Assembly (NCBI RefSeq): GCF_009914755.1
Contig: NC_060927.1
Source of the DNA: the human T2T-CHM13v2.0 reference genome, Homo sapiens
Direction: 5' to 3' (one strand)
Length of the DNA stretch: 64,000 bases
The notes beneath the pieces are model-generated. The model was not told the origin of the DNA and did not search any database. It worked only from the letters and a program-made list of their open reading frames with translations. Of the stretch, positions 57,041 to 64,000 are shown one piece after another. The translations under genes were made by a program, and so were the position numbers. Within the stretch, counting starts at the first letter, position 1. Each line of letters opens with the position of its first letter.

Positions 57041-60019
57041 TGTTGGATTCTCTGATGGGTGGTTAAAATTGACACAAGTATGCAAGAGACCCCCTAACAG
57101 TGATTGTAGATCAAACTCAATTATGAAAAGGCTTCTTTGTAGTTCTGGAGTTGGCAGAGAGGCTAATGCCTTTGATAGAGGTGAAATGTGTGATAGCAGA
57201 TGCTGACTACACACTTGTCACTATGTCTTGGGCAAGCTCTAGTTTGACTTGAGATTTTACCAAATCAGCATCATTATACCAGATGGTAATATTATGTGTG
57301 TGGATGCCTCAGGTAAATTATAGAGATGGAGTGAATGAACAGTCAGATTCCTAAACCCAGACCTATCCACTCCTGGGAGTGTTATTCCAAATGCTGTTTG
57401 GATACAGTTTATTTATTCTCTGCACAATGTTCTTTCCATCACATCCATCACGTTCCTCATCCCAGGCTCTGTGCAGGAGAGAGTTATATCATGCATAGAT
57501 TTGCAGAAGTATTTTCTTCTCCTTTGACTTGCTCAAACAATATTAATTTTAATAAGCATTTATGGAGGCCCTGCTGTCAATGGGTGGTATGGAAGACACA
57601 AACAGGCTATAAAATTCTTCTAACTTTTTCGCAAAAATCTCATCTTCTGTTGCGTAGTAGCTCATCTTTTTCTTGAAGGAAGAAATTGATACCTCACATT
57701 GCAGACTCAGCTGAACGCCTATAAAATGAGGGAATCAGCCTGTTACATGGCTACGAAATTAGAGTCCTACTGATGGTAGAAGAAACTTCTTGAGAAGGCT
57801 GTCACAATCTGGCCATAGAGGTTTTGAATTGTCTTTCTGGACTCAATCTAAAGATCTTTGTCTCCTTGTTGGGGTCTTTCTGCATTATCTCTCTTTAGGC
57901 AAGCTGAATTGAACATGCAATGTCTGAGTAATGGCATTATTTATTTAATATTCATAGCAGAGTGAATGCAGTTTCATTTTGACATGGGATAAAGAAAGAG
58001 AGAGGGTGATTTAGTGATCTTAAATGCTGGTGTTTTGGGCCAAGTGAGACAAAGGGTGTGATTAACAAAGGGACTCCCTGTGGGTGTCAGAGTGAGAGGC
58101 CAAGCTTGCCTGACTGTACAGAGAAGAGATACAAGAGTGGGGTGTCAGTGTCTGGGAGGCTTCACCAGCCTTAGGGCTACCAGGGGATTAAGCGCAGCTC
58201 CAAGGTTGAGAGTGAGTGTTTACTTCCTGCATTCTTTCACTGTCCTTGCTCTAGCCCACAGGTATTAACTCTGAAAGGCATAGACAAAGGCAGGTGGGGG
58301 TTATTAACATTTGTGAGTCCTTACTATGCTCCAAGCCCAGGGTTAAGGACCTTACAGAAGGAGCCTCATTTAATCACAATAAGAACTGTGAAGCAAGTAC
58401 AATGACTGTGAGTTTCATAGTACAATAAGACTCAGATGAGGAGAAATGAAACTAAAAATTTCTCAAACATTGAATTCAGTTTGCAAATTCTTATTTTTGA
58501 TTCTAGAAGAATGTGTAGTCTAGCAATGTTCCAAGACTTTTAGCCCAACATATTAATTCCTTGGTTATTTATAGTTCAAAATGTAACCATTTCAAGGTCT
58601 CTGCCCCTCATGCTCATGCATTTTATTCAAGGGAATCTTCAGAATCAAGTGGCCTTGGGGTAGCAGGTGTCTGGCCTGTGGTTGTCTCACCAATGTAGCA
58701 ATCTGCTGCAGATGCTCCTCTTTGTCTCTTGTCCCATCTCAGTCTGGGCACGCTGCTTATTCTGGGAGCAGGGAAATTTTCCTTTGTTGACTTGGCCCCA
58801 CTTTTGCTCTTGTGTTGCTGCTGACACCCTGAGTTCATTTGCAGAGACTTTTGTCTGATCTGTCTGGGCAAGCATTGCCAGCCTCGGCTCTCAGGTTCAC
58901 TTGCCTTGTGCTATGGTTACCTCCAGGCTGGCTCATGGGTGCTCATTCTCAGTGACCTTCTGCTCTCCAGTTAGGCCCACACAGACTCCTGGGGCTCCTC
59001 CATCCAGGCCCATTACCTTTCACTGTCATCTCTGCAAGGCTGCTGGCTGATCTCAGGACTCTAGCATGAGCAACAAGTCCCCTCCACTCTCAGATCCTCT
59101 CTGCCCAGCATGGGCTTGGCCCAGAGGGGAGAGGCAGGGACTTGGGCTCCTCCAGAGTGTATTCTTATTTCTTCTCTCAAAACTCTCTTCCTTCTCCTCC
59201 AGCTTTGAAGTCTTCCATTTTCTGTGGAGTACAAGGACATACCTGCTCTCTCTATGGGCATCCCCATTTCAAATTTTTCCTGTCTCACACCTAGAAAGTG
59301 TCATTTGACCTTAAAAGATTAAGAATGCAGCACATTTGTTCTCAAAGTTAACTGTTTGTTACTACATCAGGATGTCTTTCCCTTTAGTTGCAGAGCCTGG
59401 GTAGGACAGTGCCTATATAGCATCACATCAACTAATGCTATGGAATATAATTTTGCTGTACTAGTGTTATCCCCATTTCACACATGAAGAAAATCCAGAA
59501 TTGCCTTAAAGCAGATGATTTCCCCCTGAAATCATGCTCCCCAGAGAAGTTCAGTGCTAGGTTCTCAGTGGGTAAAAGACGTGCCTTATAAGGCATTACA
59601 GGCCCCAGCGTCACACTGGAATTGTTGCTCTTGAAGTGCAAGACACAAGAGTCATCATTGGAAGACTGGCTCTGCTAGATGGGGCTGTGAGAACTATGTC
59701 AAGTATACAGGTAACGGGCAGGTTCCGGCAAACAGGCCCCTTATGTTTTGGCCAAAGCAGGAAGAAGGAAGTGGTTGAGTGCATTCCCAAGTATGCTGAC
59801 TTTGCTATGCATTCAAGGAATCAGAGAAACCAATAAGAACCCCCAAGTAGGTTCTATCCAGTAAAGATGGCTTTGGAGATAAAAGAGTTAAAAAATAAGG
59901 GGATATTCTTGACTTCTGAGGGCTGATTCACCAGTAGGCATAAATGCAGTGTTGGGGAGACATAGAAGACACATGAATCCCCAGCTTCCCAGAAAGAAAT
60001 ATTAATTGTCAGAAATGCA

Positions 60020-61990
<1,971 letters not shown>

Positions 61991-62102
61991 AATTTGCTGA
62001 TATTTGGCAGTTTGGCCTATGAAAATTGCAATTTCACATGGTTCAACTTAAAATTAAATTAAATAGATGTATGAAAGAATCATTAAGAGCAATGCTATAT
62101 AC

Positions 62103-62475
62103 AGGACATATACTGCATGGTCTCACTTAGATGTGGAGTGTAAAAAAGTTAAACTCATAGAAGCAGAGGGTAGAATGGTGGTTACCAGGACCTAGGGGTT
62201 GAGGGGGGTGGTTGGGAAGATGTTGATTAAAGGATACAAAATTTCAGTTAGATAGGAGAAATAAGTTTGAGAGAACTATTATACAACATGGTGATTATGG
62301 TTAATAACAATGTATTGTGTTCTTGAAAATTGCTAAGAGAGTGGATTTTAAGTGTTATCACCACAAAATGATAAGTATGTGAGGTAATGCCTATGTTAAT
62401 TAACTCATTTAGACATTCCACAATGTATATATGTTTTATTTGTCAATTATATAAAAAATAAAATTTAGAATGAAA
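62103..62475 (+). mobile_element. L1MA-type 3' end
   Basis: gaatggtggttaccagg, ggatacaaaatttcagttagatagg; TSD aagRgcaatgctata. Confidence 0.85.
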
Positions 62476-62497
62476 AAGGGCAATGCTATACATACAT

Positions 62498-63539
62498 ATT
62501 TATTATACTTTAAGTTCTAGGGTACACGTGCACAATGTGCAGGCTTGTTACATATGTATACATGTGCCATACTGGTGTGCTGCACCCCTTAACTTGTCAT
62601 TTACATTAGGTATACCTCCTAATGCTATCCCTCCCCCCTCCCCCCACCCCACAACAGGCCCCCAGTGTGATGTTCCCCTTTCCCGTGTCCAAGTGTTCTC
62701 ATTGTTCAATTCCCACCTATGAGTGAGAACACGTGGTGTTTGTTTTTTTGTCCTTGCGATAGTTTGCCGAGAATGATGGTTTCCAGCTTCATCCATGTCC
62801 CTACAAAGGACATGAACTCATCTTTTTTATGGTTGCATAGTATTCCATGGTGTATATGTGCCATATTTTCTTAATCCAGTCTATCATTGATGGACATTTG
62901 GGTTGGTTCTAAGTCTTTGCTATTGTGAATAGTGCTGCAGTAAACATATGTGTGCACATGTCTTTATAGCAGCATGATTTATAATCCTTTGGGTATATAC
63001 CCGGTAATGGGATTGCTGGGTCAAATGGTATTTCTCGTTCTGGATCCTTGAGGAATCACCACACTGTCTTCCACAATGGTTGAACTAGTTTATAGTCCCA
63101 CCAACAGTGTAAAAGTGTTCCTATTTCTCCACATCCTCTCCAGCACCTGTTGTTTCCTGACTTTTTAATGATCGCCATTCTAACTGGTGTGAGATGGTAT
63201 CTCATTGTGGTTTTGATTTGCATTTCTCTGATGGCCAGTGATGATGAGCATTTTTTCGTGTGTCTGTTGGCTGCATAAATGTCTTCTTTTGAGAAGTGTC
63301 TGTTCATATCCTTCGCCCACTTTTTAATGGGGTTGTTTTCTTTTTTTCTTGTAAATTTGTTTGAGTTCTTTGTAGATTCTGGATATTAGCCCTTTGTCAG
63401 ATGAGTAGATTGTGAAAATTTTCTCCCATTCTGTAGGTTGCCTGTTCACTCTGATGGTAGTTTCTTTTCTGTGCAGAAGCTCTTTAGGTTAATTAGATCC
63501 CATTTGTCAATTTTGGCGTTTGTTGCCATTGCTTTTGGT
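62498..63539 (-). mobile_element. 5'-truncated L1PA 3' end
   Basis: L1PA 3'UTR plus ORF2 C-terminal peptide ([16 protein letters not shown]). Confidence 0.95.
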
Positions 63540-64000
63540 AAAACAGAGAAACTTATATGCACTTTAGTGTAACTTGGTGGATGAGAATATTTTAGCTGTG
63601 TCATCTCCGCCCTTCTGGTGTCCTATATGTTTGCATGTGAATTTTTTTTTTTTTTTAATGCCAGTGTTGCATCCCCCTTCTTTAGCTGTCTACAATTTCA
63701 GCCACGGTTGTAGTTTCTTTCTTAATAAATGCTTATTTGAAAACAATTCATTGGCAATCCCTTGATGCTCATGCTTCCTATCTATCTAACCATTTATCTC
63801 TATCCTTTGCACCTCTTTCTCCCAATGCCTTCTCCTTCCTCACTTTGTCCAGATTTCCTGGGAGAGGTTGCACAGTACTCAACACTGTACTAGGGTGCAC
63901 GCACAGTGTTGGGTTAGGCCTTGGACAGCAGCCAAATACACTCTGCCCTGGGAACTGCTTGCAAATTCTGTACTGCAGGATGTATCTATCCCCTTAGCAA

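Overview
Primate (most likely human) genomic DNA, not microbial. The start of the window holds the end of the last intron and the terminal exon of IL20RB on the + strand: CDS 2760-2870 encodes KITNSPQKLISCRREEVDACATAVMSPEELLRAWIS*, and AATAAA lies at 3695. The remaining ~60 kb is intergenic; from recalled human gene order it leads into the 3q22.3 gene desert toward SOX14. It is dominated by interspersed repeats: >20 Alus, L1PA/L1MA/L1MC/HAL1-type LINE pieces, MaLR/ERVL LTRs and MER/Tigger DNA transposons. Nearly all long ORFs in the supplied track are Alu or L1 artefacts. I found no clear new multi-gene system. The best leads are: (1) an apparent decayed, in-register duplicate of the IL20RB terminal exon inside the last intron; (2) an intronic antisense L1 5'UTR with an open ORF0 pointing toward that exon; (3) an orphan CpG-rich promoter-like island with a CTCF-like motif and a 58-aa ORF; (4) a divergent CTCF motif pair; and (5) several informative retrotransposition scars. 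Repeat subfamily names come from recalled consensus sequences, and repeat boundaries are approximate.
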